A stretch of 64,000 nt of DNA from a virus, in the IMG/VR virus record IMGVR_UViG_3300027432_000002; one strand, written 5' to 3'. Within the stretch, counting starts at the first letter, position 1. Every line of letters starts with the position of its first letter. The notes beneath the pieces were generated by a model. That model saw only the letters and a list, made by a program, of their open reading frames with translations, was not told the DNA's origin and searched no databases. Both the position numbers and the translations under genes were made by a program. Shown here one piece after another: positions 1-10,355 of the stretch.

Positions 1-207
1 CGACTTCGCTGGCCAAACCCCGAGCGGATCGCACCGGATACCGTTCTTTCTCAGTACCTTGCACGTGTGCATTGCGTTGACGCCGAGCGCACGATGGGAG
101 TGCGGTCCCATCTTCTGGACGTCACGATATACGATAACGACGTGAGCGAGTTTGCTGTCTGGATTATGGTAGTGCATGAATTGCGCGCTTACGCGTTCCC
201 CAATTGA
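1..207 (+). CDS. 3' end of a hypothetical protein entering from outside the window
   Basis: Open frame from base 1 (RLRWPNPERIAP...LRAYAFPN) to TGA at 205-207, convergent on the minus-strand arm across an AT-rich gap. Confidence 0.5.
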   Translation, partial: RLRWPNPERIAPDTVLSQYLARVHCVDAERTMGVRSHLLDVTIYDNDVSEFAVWIMVVHELRAYAFPN

Positions 208-269
208 CTAAAGAATATACTTCAATATACAGTATACACTATTTGGATGTTGAATGCAAGTGTTATTTA

Positions 270-743
270 CTATAGCCATTGCAACACTTTCCAAACGATG
301 TATGTCACGCCAGCAACCTTGATGGTCTTTCTTACGATTCGTCCGTAGTCGTGACTGTAAAGAAGGTCTTCTGCGAGATGCTTGAACGCTTTCTTGCCCT
401 CTTCACGTTTCCGCTCGAGTACGATTCGGTTTTGGAACTTGTCCCACGTGACTGGCGTTCCTGCTTTCCAAGCGTCGCCAAGCTCGTCGACTACTTGCCA
501 AGGAATGACAATCTTATAGAGCCCTTGTGGGTCATAGAAGTTCTCCGTGATAGGGTCGAATATCCACGGATCCCCTCCTCCCTGAAGGTAATAGAGAAAC
601 GGCGCTACGCCAGAGATAGGCGGCTCGAGGTAATCAAGATCGTACCATCCTGCCGCCTGCCCAGGGTTATTGCTCGTAAAGACGCCAGTATCAAACCACG
701 CAGACGATCCTGCTACGGAGTAATCGAAAATTCCAGCACTCAT
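270..743 (-). CDS. hypothetical protein
   Basis: ATG (MSAGIFDYS) at 743 overlaps the stop of the upstream methyltransferase (ATGA coupling). Confidence 0.65.
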   Translation of the reverse strand: MSAGIFDYSVAGSSAWFDTGVFTSNNPGQAAGWYDLDYLEPPISGVAPFLYYLQGGGDPWIFDPITENFYDPQGLYKIVIPWQVVDELGDAWKAGTPVTWDKFQNRIVLERKREEGKKAFKHLAEDLLYSHDYGRIVRKTIKVAGVTYIVWKVLQWL

Positions 744-1405
744 ACGAGTGGTAGTTTTTTGAGCTTGGCGATCCAATCGACCGTGACATTCCACAACGTT
801 TTGAAACGTTCTCCTTGTACTTCTGCGCTCCGGAGGCCCTCCTCCTGCGGCATGGAATGCCCGACGTCGACTCCGAAGTTGCAGGAGATACGGTAATGGT
901 CAAGACCGTTCTGTTTTCGCCAATCACGGGCGAAGTAGAGAAACGTCTCTTGCATGAAGAAGCGCCGATGGGTAGGGTCCCAGAATGCCCTATTGCTCCG
1001 GCCAGAAGGTACAACGACTGTCATCCAAGCGTCAGGCTTCATGATGCGCCAGCATTCATCCATGAAGGCGAAGAGCATATCGGCGCCGATGTAGCGTGTA
1101 CCGGACCTATTCTCGAGACCACGCCCAGCGGTGACTGGATCCACCAGATCTCGATTCTCGACCTCGCGCGCAGGTACATGCTCGAGAAGGTGTGATGCGT
1201 GAATCTCGTCTACGGAATTGTCCTTGAACGGCCAAGGAAACTTGAATAGATCGACTTTATATTTCGCCTTATCACCGTAGAGGTCCACGCCTTCGAATCC
1301 CTCTTTTGGATTCTGGCCGCACCCGAGGTCGAGCCGGATAGGTTGCGTTGAAACCGCTTCGACAAGCTTGAGAGGAGTCTTCTTCTTATTGAGTTTCTTG
1401 GACAT
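740..1405 (-). CDS. class I SAM-dependent methyltransferase
   Basis: LDLGCG motif I, VDL, PWPFKDNSVDEIHASHLLEHV, DECWRIMKP, DPTH. Confidence 0.9.
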   Translation of the reverse strand: MSKKLNKKKTPLKLVEAVSTQPIRLDLGCGQNPKEGFEGVDLYGDKAKYKVDLFKFPWPFKDNSVDEIHASHLLEHVPAREVENRDLVDPVTAGRGLENRSGTRYIGADMLFAFMDECWRIMKPDAWMTVVVPSGRSNRAFWDPTHRRFFMQETFLYFARDWRKQNGLDHYRISCNFGVDVGHSMPQEEGLRSAEVQGERFKTLWNVTVDWIAKLKKLPLV

Positions 1406-1430
1406 TGAGGTTCTCCGAATAGTGACTGAA

Positions 1431-1661
1431 TTACTTCTTGGGTGTGACGTCGTCTTCCTTGTTGACCGTGACCGTCACGATTGCATGTGCGTTACATCGA
1501 CCGCAGATAATCTCGCAATCGAGAATGTTGTGGTTGAACGGACTGACTGCGGGTAAATCCCACTTGTGCCCCTTGAGCGCGCACCACTTCTTCTTGGTGG
1601 CCTGTTCTTCTGCCAAGAGTGCCGCTTCTGCTCTGGCGAAATCTTCTTTGCTGAGACCCAT
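1431..1661 (-). CDS. small Cys/His-containing hypothetical protein
   Basis: Start MGLSKEDF with AAGGAG RBS; C-x4-H and C-x2-C motifs. Confidence 0.6.
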   Translation of the reverse strand: MGLSKEDFARAEAALLAEEQATKKKWCALKGHKWDLPAVSPFNHNILDCEIICGRCNAHAIVTVTVNKEDDVTPKK

Positions 1662-1671
1662 TGAATTCTCC

Positions 1672-2340
1672 TTATAGTCTCGGACAGACCCATTCGTGAA
1701 GCATAAGATTTGCTTTTGATGTATTACAATGGGCGCATGCTGGACGTAGGTTCGCAGGCCAGTTACTTCCGCCACGCGCGAGCGGGATTACGTGGTCAAT
1801 ACACTCGTACGGATATATTTTGCAGTAAGCACATTTATTACCGTAGTAAGCTACTCGTGCAGCAATCTGCTCCGGAGTGCTAAATCCACTAGCTCTTAGC
1901 ATACGTGTCTTACGACGAGCAAATTTAGCAGCGACTACGAATGGATGACTGTCTCTCCACTTCTTCTCACTTACCTTGCGTGACTTTGGATTCGCTTTTC
2001 GCTGTCGTCTAGCAGCCGCATTTGACTTTTCTGGATTCGCTTCTCGCCAATTCTGTAGTACATGTTTACGAATTTCTCGGTATTGTATTGGATGAGCATC
2101 TCTCCACCGCTGTTCAGCGTCTCTAGCTTTATCAGGATGCTCTGCTCTGAACTTGCGTTGCCACAATTTTGATTTTTCTCGTACCTTTTCGATGTTCTTC
2201 TCTGCCCATGTACGAGCGGTAGCTTTACCTTTCTCAGTTTTTTTGTAGCGGTTTACGTATTCTCTTGTACGATTCGGGTTTTCCTTCCGCCAACGTGCTG
2301 CATAGATTTTTCTTCGTTCACGTTTTTCTTCTGGAGTCAT
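1672..2340 (-). CDS. HNH endonuclease with basic helical N-terminal repeats
   Basis: CAYC...DHVIPLARGGSNWPANLRPACAHCNTSK; repeated WRxxNP/HP units. Confidence 0.9.
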   Translation of the reverse strand: MTPEEKRERRKIYAARWRKENPNRTREYVNRYKKTEKGKATARTWAEKNIEKVREKSKLWQRKFRAEHPDKARDAEQRWRDAHPIQYREIRKHVLQNWREANPEKSNAAARRQRKANPKSRKVSEKKWRDSHPFVVAAKFARRKTRMLRASGFSTPEQIAARVAYYGNKCAYCKIYPYECIDHVIPLARGGSNWPANLRPACAHCNTSKANLMLHEWVCPRL

Positions 2341-3155
2341 TAGTAAATCACCCCCGTGCCTATATCGAGGTGACCTACTTTTACGCGCATGTCTACTGCC
2401 AGACGTTTTCCAGCTAGGACCATCTTCTGACAACAGGCCAGGTCCTGTGTCATTCCGACAACTCCTTTGCCTGGAATGAGATCGTTCATAGTTACGTACC
2501 AGGGAGGTGGAACTTCACGGAAGATAGACATTCTCCACAAAGCGCACCCGCAAGCAATCCCATTGACGGGCATAATCTGTCCCGCGGCAAGCGCTTCGCG
2601 AACGTCGCGCGGGCGAAAGTCGATAACGCCCGTTCGCTTGTATTCTTCAGGGTCTCCGTACGCCATGGGCATATTGACTTCGCCCTTGGTGAAATAGAGT
2701 GCGCTAATAGCGTCGTATCCGCCCCATTCGATAGACTCGAGAAGGCGGATATGCGCATCGGGTGGAGGTAGATTATCGTCCTCCAGAGTCATGAGGTACT
2801 TCCAATTTTTGAGTTCCGGATGATCGAGAATCATCCTAATCATGGCGTCGTAGGCTTGGCCCACTTCGTGGCCCGAAGCGAATAGGAGTGCCCGTTTCTG
2901 GTTCATGGGCGAAATGAGTCCCTGCCATGCGCTCACAACTTTGGATGCGATGAGACCTTCTATCTCCTTGCCTTCGGCGTTCTTGTATTTGCCGCGCGTT
3001 GGGATAACGATGACTGTTGAGTTATCCTTGTAGGTTGTTCCCGGAAGGTGTTCGACCCGCTCGAAGCCTAACCCTGGACTCTTCATCTGTTGAACGACTT
3101 CGCTGACAGTCACCTTTTCGGCAATGGAAGTCTTTTTGAGTTTTGCCTTTGACAT
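2340..3155 (-). CDS. GT-A fold (family 2-like) glycosyltransferase
   Basis: VIVIPTRG, YLMTLEDDNLPP (DxD-like), ISALYFTK, GCALW, TQD, VKVGH. Confidence 0.75.
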   Translation of the reverse strand: MSKAKLKKTSIAEKVTVSEVVQQMKSPGLGFERVEHLPGTTYKDNSTVIVIPTRGKYKNAEGKEIEGLIASKVVSAWQGLISPMNQKRALLFASGHEVGQAYDAMIRMILDHPELKNWKYLMTLEDDNLPPPDAHIRLLESIEWGGYDAISALYFTKGEVNMPMAYGDPEEYKRTGVIDFRPRDVREALAAGQIMPVNGIACGCALWRMSIFREVPPPWYVTMNDLIPGKGVVGMTQDLACCQKMVLAGKRLAVDMRVKVGHLDIGTGVIY

Positions 3156-3185
3156 TTTTCTTCCTGAATTTAGTGATTGAATTAC

Positions 3186-4862
3186 TTATGTTCCTTGGAA
3201 TATGAAGGTCGGCTGTTGAGCGGCTGTAGCGCCTGTTCTGATGTACGAGGCTGTGTTAGAAAGTCCGAAGCTCGCTGGCAGGGCATTGGTGGTCGCTTGC
3301 GAGTAGCCGTTGACCATGAGATTGCTCATCGCGGCGACCTTACCGCTCGAGATGGCAGGCTGTTGAACGTTTCCGTAGATACTTAGTCCAATACCATTTT
3401 CCGTCGATACCCACCAGCCAAATAGGTACGGACCAGGAGTAAGCGCCCACGAGTTGAGGCTCATTTGCTGGTAGTTGATTCCCGTGTTCGACGAGAGAGC
3501 TGCGCCCGACGTCCAAGTAAGGTTGGTGCTACCGCTCGACACGAGCGTAATTTTCGTCCCTCCGCTCAGGGTGTAGAGAGCCGCACTGACCGATAGTCCG
3601 CCGGACGAGTTCGACGCCTGACTCGATACGGACGCGAGCCATAGGAGGTTCGTAACCGTGATGGCGTAGGGAACGATGATGGGTTGAAAAAAGAGCGTAC
3701 CTTGTCCCATGGTCTGCGCGGTAGCGAAGTAACCGTTTGACCAAGAAGAGATACCGCCGTTTTGCATGGTAACGGTCGAACCGTTGAGTCCAAAGCTGAA
3801 ACCGTTCGAGTTCGAGAATACGAGAGCTGAAAGGTTATTCGATGTGGTGCCAGCAGAAACGTTAATGTTGGTGAGCGATGTGGCGACCGATGCCGTGACG
3901 GTGGAAGCGTTGAGACCAAACGAGATGCCGTTACTATTCGAGAACGTGAACGCCGACGCGAGATTGGATGTTGTTCCGGCCGACAGGTTGATGCTCGCTT
4001 GGGTGCTAGCGACAGTGACCGAAGCTGTAACGGTAGAACCGTTGAGACCGAACGAGACGTTATTGCTATTCGAGAAGGTGATGGCTGAGAGATTGTTGGA
4101 TGTTGTTCCTGCGGAAACGTTGATATTCGTTAGCGACGTCGCAACCGACGCAGTCATGGTCGAGCCGTTGAGTCCAAATGAGACACCATTCGAATTACTG
4201 AATGTGATAGCTGAAAGATTATTGCTAGTAGTACCTCCCGAGAAATTGATACTTGCTTGGCCCGGATTGATCGACGCTGTAATGGTGGAACCGTTGAGAC
4301 CAAAGCTAACGCCGTTAGAGTTCGAGAACGTGAAGGCCGACGCGAGGTTTGATGTCGTTCCGGCCGATAGATTGATGCTCGCTTGGGTGCTGGCGACGGT
4401 GACTGAAGCGGTCACCACCGACGAGTTACTCATCCCGAACGTGACGTTGTTACTGTTCGAGAAAACGACCGTTCCACTTGTTGCGGTCTGCGTTCCGGCT
4501 TGGATGGCTCCAATCGCAAGGGCGTCTGCGTTGACACTTGCGGTAATGACCGAACCGTTTAATCCGAACGTAACGTTGTTGGAATTGGAGAAAGTGACGG
4601 CTGAGAGATTGTTTGAAGTAGTTCCTGCACTAATGTTGATGTTGGAAAGGAGAGTGCCTACCGTTCCTAATGGGAGCCACAACGTTTCGGCGGCTGTCTG
4701 TGATGCCGCAAGGTGAAGTTCCCCCGCAGAGTTTGAGAACCCAACCGTGACTGTACTTGCGGCGGAGTTACCCACCTCATACATCGGCCCTTGGTGATAA
4801 AGCGTATCGATACTGAGTTGGACAAGGTCTTGAAAGTTACCTGTTGTGACTGTCATAACCAA
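3186..4862 (-). CDS. fibre/spike-like protein with 7 Ser/Asn/Thr-rich beta repeats and a C-terminal head
   Basis: Seven copies of roughly SAGTTSNNLSAxTFSNSNxVSFGLNGSTxTAS. Confidence 0.7.
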   Translation of the reverse strand: MVMTVTTGNFQDLVQLSIDTLYHQGPMYEVGNSAASTVTVGFSNSAGELHLAASQTAAETLWLPLGTVGTLLSNINISAGTTSNNLSAVTFSNSNNVTFGLNGSVITASVNADALAIGAIQAGTQTATSGTVVFSNSNNVTFGMSNSSVVTASVTVASTQASINLSAGTTSNLASAFTFSNSNGVSFGLNGSTITASINPGQASINFSGGTTSNNLSAITFSNSNGVSFGLNGSTMTASVATSLTNINVSAGTTSNNLSAITFSNSNNVSFGLNGSTVTASVTVASTQASINLSAGTTSNLASAFTFSNSNGISFGLNASTVTASVATSLTNINVSAGTTSNNLSALVFSNSNGFSFGLNGSTVTMQNGGISSWSNGYFATAQTMGQGTLFFQPIIVPYAITVTNLLWLASVSSQASNSSGGLSVSAALYTLSGGTKITLVSSGSTNLTWTSGAALSSNTGINYQQMSLNSWALTPGPYLFGWWVSTENGIGLSIYGNVQQPAISSGKVAAMSNLMVNGYSQATTNALPASFGLSNTASYIRTGATAAQQPTFIFQGT

Positions 4863-4926
4863 TGCCCTCTCGCGGTTACACTTCTACTAAGTAAAGTATA
4901 CCACACTTTTTGCCATAATGCAAGCT

Positions 4927-6291
4927 CTAAGTGCCAATCAAGATGACTCCAGGCTGCCGTAATGCCGAGATTCCTGTACGCACATATCCCGTGTCCGTAG
5001 CGACAATGCTTGTTGGTAGTACCGCCACAGTCGATGTGGATAACCCATTGAGGAACGTATCTTCTTCGATTCCGTCGTAGGTGCCAACAATGTTCATTGC
5101 CGCTCGACCGAACATGTTGACGACAATAGCCCCATTCGCGGTCGATATCGCCCACCCAAAGAGGTAGTCCCCTGGAGTCATGCTGTAGTTTACGCTGAGC
5201 GTCCGATACCGTGTTCCGCTCGCGCCTCCGAATTGACTGGATATAGCGGTGTTACTACCACTCGTCCACGAGAAGACACGTGATGCGGAGCTGGCTAGAC
5301 TTGCGGTTTCTCCTGAGAGTGTGTAAACCCCGTGGCTAACGGTGACCGCTCCTGACGATAGAGACAATCCTTGAAAGTCTGCAATGATAGCAAGCTCGGT
5401 TGCTCGAACGTTGCATGCGAGCGATAGCTTTTGTAGGGACAGCGCCGCTTGGGAGACTGGGAATTGCGTGACGAAGTCTGCATCTTGCGAGAAGATGCTG
5501 ACTGTTCCCACACCGAGTATAGAGCCTGTTACTGTTCCAGCGTTGAGTCCAAACGATATTCCGTTGCTGTTAGCGAACGTGACAGCCGATAGATTGGCCG
5601 AAGTGGTTCCAGCTGAAAAGTTGATACTTCCTTGACTCGAAGCGAACGTTGCCGAAGCGGTGATAACTGAATCATTGAGACCGAACGAGACGTTGTTTGA
5701 ATTCGAAAACGTAACGGCCGACAGATTGTTGGATGTCGTTCCGGCCGATAGGTTGAACGCGTAGGAGGCAGTAATTGTTGAATTGTTGATACCGAACGAA
5801 ACGCCGTTGCTGTTCGAGAAGGTGAACGCCGTTCCTAACTCAACGTTTGGTCCAGCCGAAATGGCAATATCACCGACAACGACAATAGCTCCACTTGTGA
5901 CTAGGATTTTTCCCTTGTCATCGATGGTCTGCCAATCATGAAAGTCGTCATAGTGAATCGTATAACCGGGAGGAAGATTGAACGAATATTTCGTGCTGGC
6001 GAAGGTGCCATCAAAGACCTTGATGGTGACTTGCTCTGGCGCTCCACCTGCATTGAAAGCAGTAAAATCCTTGACGTTGCGAAAGATACCTACTGGAGTC
6101 GCCGGTGGACCGTCTGTAGCAACGGTCATCCCAATCGTATCGATGAGAAGACTATGTCCGTCAGGAATGAACGTGATTGGGAGATTTGGACTTGCTGGCG
6201 GAATCTGATCGACCCAACTTACGTTGACTTCGATAGGCTGCACCCCGCCAGTGAAAACCTGAAGCTCAAAGCTTGGTTTCAGGATGATCAT
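4927..6291 (-). CDS. fibre/spike-like protein, paralog of 3186..4862 with 3 repeats
   Basis: Same repeat x3; similar C-terminus (TPGxYLFGW...YxRTG...QP). Confidence 0.7.
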   Translation of the reverse strand: MIILKPSFELQVFTGGVQPIEVNVSWVDQIPPASPNLPITFIPDGHSLLIDTIGMTVATDGPPATPVGIFRNVKDFTAFNAGGAPEQVTIKVFDGTFASTKYSFNLPPGYTIHYDDFHDWQTIDDKGKILVTSGAIVVVGDIAISAGPNVELGTAFTFSNSNGVSFGINNSTITASYAFNLSAGTTSNNLSAVTFSNSNNVSFGLNDSVITASATFASSQGSINFSAGTTSANLSAVTFANSNGISFGLNAGTVTGSILGVGTVSIFSQDADFVTQFPVSQAALSLQKLSLACNVRATELAIIADFQGLSLSSGAVTVSHGVYTLSGETASLASSASRVFSWTSGSNTAISSQFGGASGTRYRTLSVNYSMTPGDYLFGWAISTANGAIVVNMFGRAAMNIVGTYDGIEEDTFLNGLSTSTVAVLPTSIVATDTGYVRTGISALRQPGVILIGT

Positions 6292-6312
6292 TGGCGCTGT
6301 CTAAATCTATAC

Positions 6313-6699
6313 TTATTTCGTGTCTTCGAGTGAATTCGCTATCCGCTCAATGAGGACTTTGAGTGAATGTTTTGGATCGGTATTCCAATCTACAGGTTTC
6401 TGTATTACTTCGAGTATTCCTTGGAGAGGATCCTTCCAGTTGGCTCTCATCTCCGATAGGGAATGACCTGTTACCATGAACTTCGCACATCCAGTTGGAA
6501 CTTCGCGCGCTACGTGAGAACCGTTGAGTGGAGTGCCAAGCTCCCAATCGAGCAATACCAAGTGGAATCGATGATAGTGGACGAGATTGATTGCTTCGAC
6601 GGCTGTTTCCGCTTCGATTACTTCGTGACCCTCAGCTTCTATAAGATTTCTCAACATGGTTCGTTGGTCACTATCGTCGTCTAAAATTAGAATGCGCAT
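6313..6699 (-). CDS. stand-alone response regulator receiver (CheY-like) domain
   Basis: MRILILDDD, LVLLDWEL (phospho-acceptor Asp), NG, MVTG, QKP. Confidence 0.9.
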   Translation of the reverse strand: MRILILDDDSDQRTMLRNLIEAEGHEVIEAETAVEAINLVHYHRFHLVLLDWELGTPLNGSHVAREVPTGCAKFMVTGHSLSEMRANWKDPLQGILEVIQKPVDWNTDPKHSLKVLIERIANSLEDTK

Positions 6700-6715
6700 A
6701 GATGTCCTTTATTAT

Positions 6716-8545
6716 CTAACGTCCTAACCAGACGTCGACTCCAACATCTTTCGTATGCTCTGTTTGACGTACCAGTTTCAAACCCGCCCACACACATAAG
6801 GCTCGAAGGTCGTCCTTGTGTTTGGCTCGGTGGTATTCATACGTGCATAGCTTTACAGATTTCAAATGTGCGTAGTTTTGAAGTATCTCCAGCTCTACAC
6901 CTTCTGCGTCGATCTTGAGTACGTCCGTTGGCGGCAAACTGTTTGGATGAATCGCTTCTACTTCGATACGACGTCCGTCTGTAGGAGGTTCGAACGTTCT
7001 TGATCCTCCCCATGTTGGATCGATCCACAGTATGGTTGGCGACTTCTCTACCGTTACCGCTTGACGATGAACCGTTGCGAACGGAGCGTTACGTTCACAA
7101 TACGCAGCCGCTTCTCCGTTTGGTTCAAAACATTCGATGGTAACTTCTGGCCATTTGAACTTTGCCCATACCGCAAACGCTCCAACGTTTGCTCCGATAT
7201 CAAGTACCGTACGGATACCTTCAAGAGGTACCTTAGGGTCGTACTCCAAACCTTCGAAGATTCCCTTTGCCATGTGATGGCTGGAGAAATGTGGTTCGCC
7301 TGGAGGTGGAGGTAATTCGAGAATTGTTCCTAGCGGAGTTGTGAGTGCTACTCCATGCGGAGACTCTTGGTACCAACCCTTCCCCCATCGATCCATAATT
7401 CGTTGAAAGTATCGTTCATATTTTGGAGCGATAACTTCGAGACTCCATTTGCCTCGTGCTCTGTCTCGTATCCACAGTCTCTCCTCTAGGCTAAGTTCGG
7501 CTGCCGCTTTGGCTCTCTCCACGAATTCTCTATGAGAAGTACACCTCCACTCGTCTTCTACCGTTTCAGAGAACGCGCCTTGATCTGTGGTGATGGCAGG
7601 AGTGCCCGAAAGTTGCGCTTCGACAGCCGTACCCCCGAATGGTTCTCTGAACTTGGTCGGATTGAGAACCGCAACCGCGTTAGCCATGAGCGCAGCACGT
7701 TCTTTCACGTTGGCATGTCCAAAGAAGATGACGTTTTTATCCGTCGTTACGTATTCTCCTTGACCTGCGATAACGAGACATGCGTTGAGTGATTTACATA
7801 CCTCCACTGCGATATCAAGTCCTTTTTCGTTTCGGACTCGACCAATGAATAGATAATATGGTTCGTTATGGATTGCCTGCATCACTTGCGCTACGCGAAG
7901 TGGGATTGGTGGAATGACAGGAAATTCGTCCATGTCAAAGAAGTTGTGTATAGTAGTCTCGTCGTTGTCTTCCCACTTTTTGTCTTTCGAACCAGCAAGC
8001 CAGCTTCGGTGGAAGTCGCTTTCGAAGATACGGTACCTTGACTGAGTTCCGTAGTATCCAATTCCCCATTCTACGATTGCAGCGGATTGGAGCATTCCGT
8101 CGTAACTACCTGGAAAGAACGCGCCGATAGGTCCTACTTGACAGGCTCCGCTGAGAGTAAGGATGAAGTCTCCCGGTTTCACGCGCGGTACGAGAGCGAC
8201 CAAAAGACGAGCGTTGTACTCACGCCAGTATTTGACAGTTGGGTCCCACTCGATATGATAGAGTTTTTGCTTATCGTGTGGACCGAAGTAGGCCGCACGT
8301 TCTGTCTCTGAAAAAATCTGCACATGTTCGCAATCCGCCGTTGACCCTTCATTGGAGTAGTCGATGCACGTATGTTCTCGACGTGAGAACATCTTAATGG
8401 CCTTGTAGACCTTGGACGTATACGCGCAATGACAATACTCCTCACTCGTTGTCGTATGAGGCATACCAAGGAAATGAAATCTGAATTTTGCAGTTTGAGA
8501 CATAGGTTTTGAGTATACCAGATATGCCTGTAGTTCGTCAATCAA
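6716..8545 (-). CDS. fusion of a GT-B (GT4-like) glycosyltransferase and an FkbM-like methyltransferase
   Basis: [33 protein letters not shown]; then [27 protein letters not shown]. Confidence 0.88.
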   Translation of the reverse strand: MIDELQAYLVYSKPMSQTAKFRFHFLGMPHTTTSEEYCHCAYTSKVYKAIKMFSRREHTCIDYSNEGSTADCEHVQIFSETERAAYFGPHDKQKLYHIEWDPTVKYWREYNARLLVALVPRVKPGDFILTLSGACQVGPIGAFFPGSYDGMLQSAAIVEWGIGYYGTQSRYRIFESDFHRSWLAGSKDKKWEDNDETTIHNFFDMDEFPVIPPIPLRVAQVMQAIHNEPYYLFIGRVRNEKGLDIAVEVCKSLNACLVIAGQGEYVTTDKNVIFFGHANVKERAALMANAVAVLNPTKFREPFGGTAVEAQLSGTPAITTDQGAFSETVEDEWRCTSHREFVERAKAAAELSLEERLWIRDRARGKWSLEVIAPKYERYFQRIMDRWGKGWYQESPHGVALTTPLGTILELPPPPGEPHFSSHHMAKGIFEGLEYDPKVPLEGIRTVLDIGANVGAFAVWAKFKWPEVTIECFEPNGEAAAYCERNAPFATVHRQAVTVEKSPTILWIDPTWGGSRTFEPPTDGRRIEVEAIHPNSLPPTDVLKIDAEGVELEILQNYAHLKSVKLCTYEYHRAKHKDDLRALCVWAGLKLVRQTEHTKDVGVDVWLGR

Positions 8546-10302
8546 GGAACCGTGAGAACGATGAGACGTGCTCCGTCAGCTGGAACGTTGGCAGGCGAGG
8601 CACTACCGCTCGTCAACTGAATCGTTGCAGAAATCGTATGCGATCCAGCTGTAGCGATAAGAAGTGCACATCGATTATAAATGTATTCGTGGGACAGTTC
8701 GTCCACTGCGAGAATATCGATTGCCACTCCATCTACAGGAGTGCCGTCTTGTAGAATGGTAAACGTGACTATCGCGTCGGAACTAACGTTTGCGAGATAA
8801 GGAGTTGAGAACCAAACGATAGCTTGGTCGGTCGGAGGAAATACAATAGCCAGTGCTGTAAGTTGATGCGATGCCCCATCGGACCAATCAATAAGACTTG
8901 GATTCTGCGCCTGATGAACGATCGCTCCAGCACCGCTCGCGCCCGTTGCGCCTACCCCTCCCGTACTGCCGGCCGATCCGGTAGCTCCTGTTGCTCCCGC
9001 TGCACCATTTGATCCGTTCGTTCCGGCGGATCCAGTTGCCCCTTTGGCGCCTGTTGCTCCTGTTGCGCCAACTCCTCCCGTGCTGCCGCCCGCTCCCGTT
9101 GCTCCCGTGGCTCCCGTCACTCCAGCGCCGGTAGCGCCTACGCCTCCCGTTGTGCCCGCAGAGCCTGTCGCTCCGGTAGCACCGTTCGTGCCGTTACTCC
9201 CTGTAGCGCCCTTAACTCCCGTTGCGCCGGTAGCGCCAACTGCTCCAGCACCACCTACCGCTCCCGTTGCGCCAGTTGCGCCAGCTCCAGTAGCACCTGT
9301 ACTACCTGCTGCACCAGCAGCACCAGCAGTGCCAGTTGCTCCGGTAGAACCGTTGGTGCCATTGGTTCCTGTCGCTCCCTTGACTCCCGTTGCGCCGATA
9401 GCTCCAGCTACGCCAGCGGCACCAGTAGCCCCCGCTGCACCTGTAGCTCCTACTGTTCCCGCTGCGCCCGTAGCTCCTGTCGCGCCAGCGCCGGTAGCTC
9501 CAGTTGTGCCTGTAGCTCCTGCCGGTCCGGTTGCTCCACCACCAGGGCCTGTTGGTCCCATGGTTCCCGTAGCACCCGTGGCTCCAGCGCCTGTTGCTCC
9601 CGTTGCTCCGGGAGAGCCTGTTGCGCCAGCAGTACCTGTTGCGCCTGTCACGCCAGCGCCAGTAGCGCCCGTTGCTCCACTGCTGCCTGTAGCGCCAGCG
9701 GTTCCCGTAGCGCCCGTGACCCCAGCTCCGGTAGCTCCTCCGCTACCTGTAGCGCCCGCAGTTCCCGTAGCGCCTGGTGCTCCCGTAGCGCCCGTGACCC
9801 CAGCGCCGGTAGCCCCAGCGGTTCCCGTTGCCCCTGCTGTGCCCGTTGCGCCCGTCGCGCCTGGAGGTCCACTAGGACCACCGGACGGTCCTGTCGCTCC
9901 TGTAGCGCCACCACCACCGCCAATAGGCCAAGGGTCTGGAGTGATACCTTGTCCTGCGAAATAACCTTCCGATGCAATAATGAGCGCAATGATTGAATTA
10001 CTGAGCTGAGTGAACGTGGACGGAGTCAGCGTCTCCGTATTCATCTCCGTGTAGCGATTTTCCCAAACCGCTTTACACGCTTTTTCGATGATGAAAACTT
10101 GGAGTGTGTCTGGAGGGTCTGTATCTGGATTCAGCTCCCATGCTTGATCGAATGAAATAGAGAAAGCTCCAGCAATCATTGCGTAAGGAGCATAGTCACT
10201 AGGGACAGCGTCTTCGATCCACCGTCCGCTCGCAGCGAATCCAGAGATGATTCCGGAATATGCTGCGGTGAAGACTGTTATGTCGTTGGGTACGTAAGAC
10301 AT
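8542..10302 (-). CDS. collagen-like fibre protein (YVPN anchor family)
   Basis: Conserved N-terminal domain of about 125 aa, long Gly-X-Thr/Ala tract, beta-rich C-terminal head. Confidence 0.85.
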   Translation of the reverse strand: MSYVPNDITVFTAAYSGIISGFAASGRWIEDAVPSDYAPYAMIAGAFSISFDQAWELNPDTDPPDTLQVFIIEKACKAVWENRYTEMNTETLTPSTFTQLSNSIIALIIASEGYFAGQGITPDPWPIGGGGGATGATGPSGGPSGPPGATGATGTAGATGTAGATGAGVTGATGAPGATGTAGATGSGGATGAGVTGATGTAGATGSSGATGATGAGVTGATGTAGATGSPGATGATGAGATGATGTMGPTGPGGGATGPAGATGTTGATGAGATGATGAAGTVGATGAAGATGAAGVAGAIGATGVKGATGTNGTNGSTGATGTAGAAGAAGSTGATGAGATGATGAVGGAGAVGATGATGVKGATGSNGTNGATGATGSAGTTGGVGATGAGVTGATGATGAGGSTGGVGATGATGAKGATGSAGTNGSNGAAGATGATGSAGSTGGVGATGASGAGAIVHQAQNPSLIDWSDGASHQLTALAIVFPPTDQAIVWFSTPYLANVSSDAIVTFTILQDGTPVDGVAIDILAVDELSHEYIYNRCALLIATAGSHTISATIQLTSGSASPANVPADGARLIVLTVP

Positions 10303-10355
10303 GGGCGGTGGTGTCCTTTGTTAGTTGACGAGATTGTTATACCAGTCGCGCTCGG

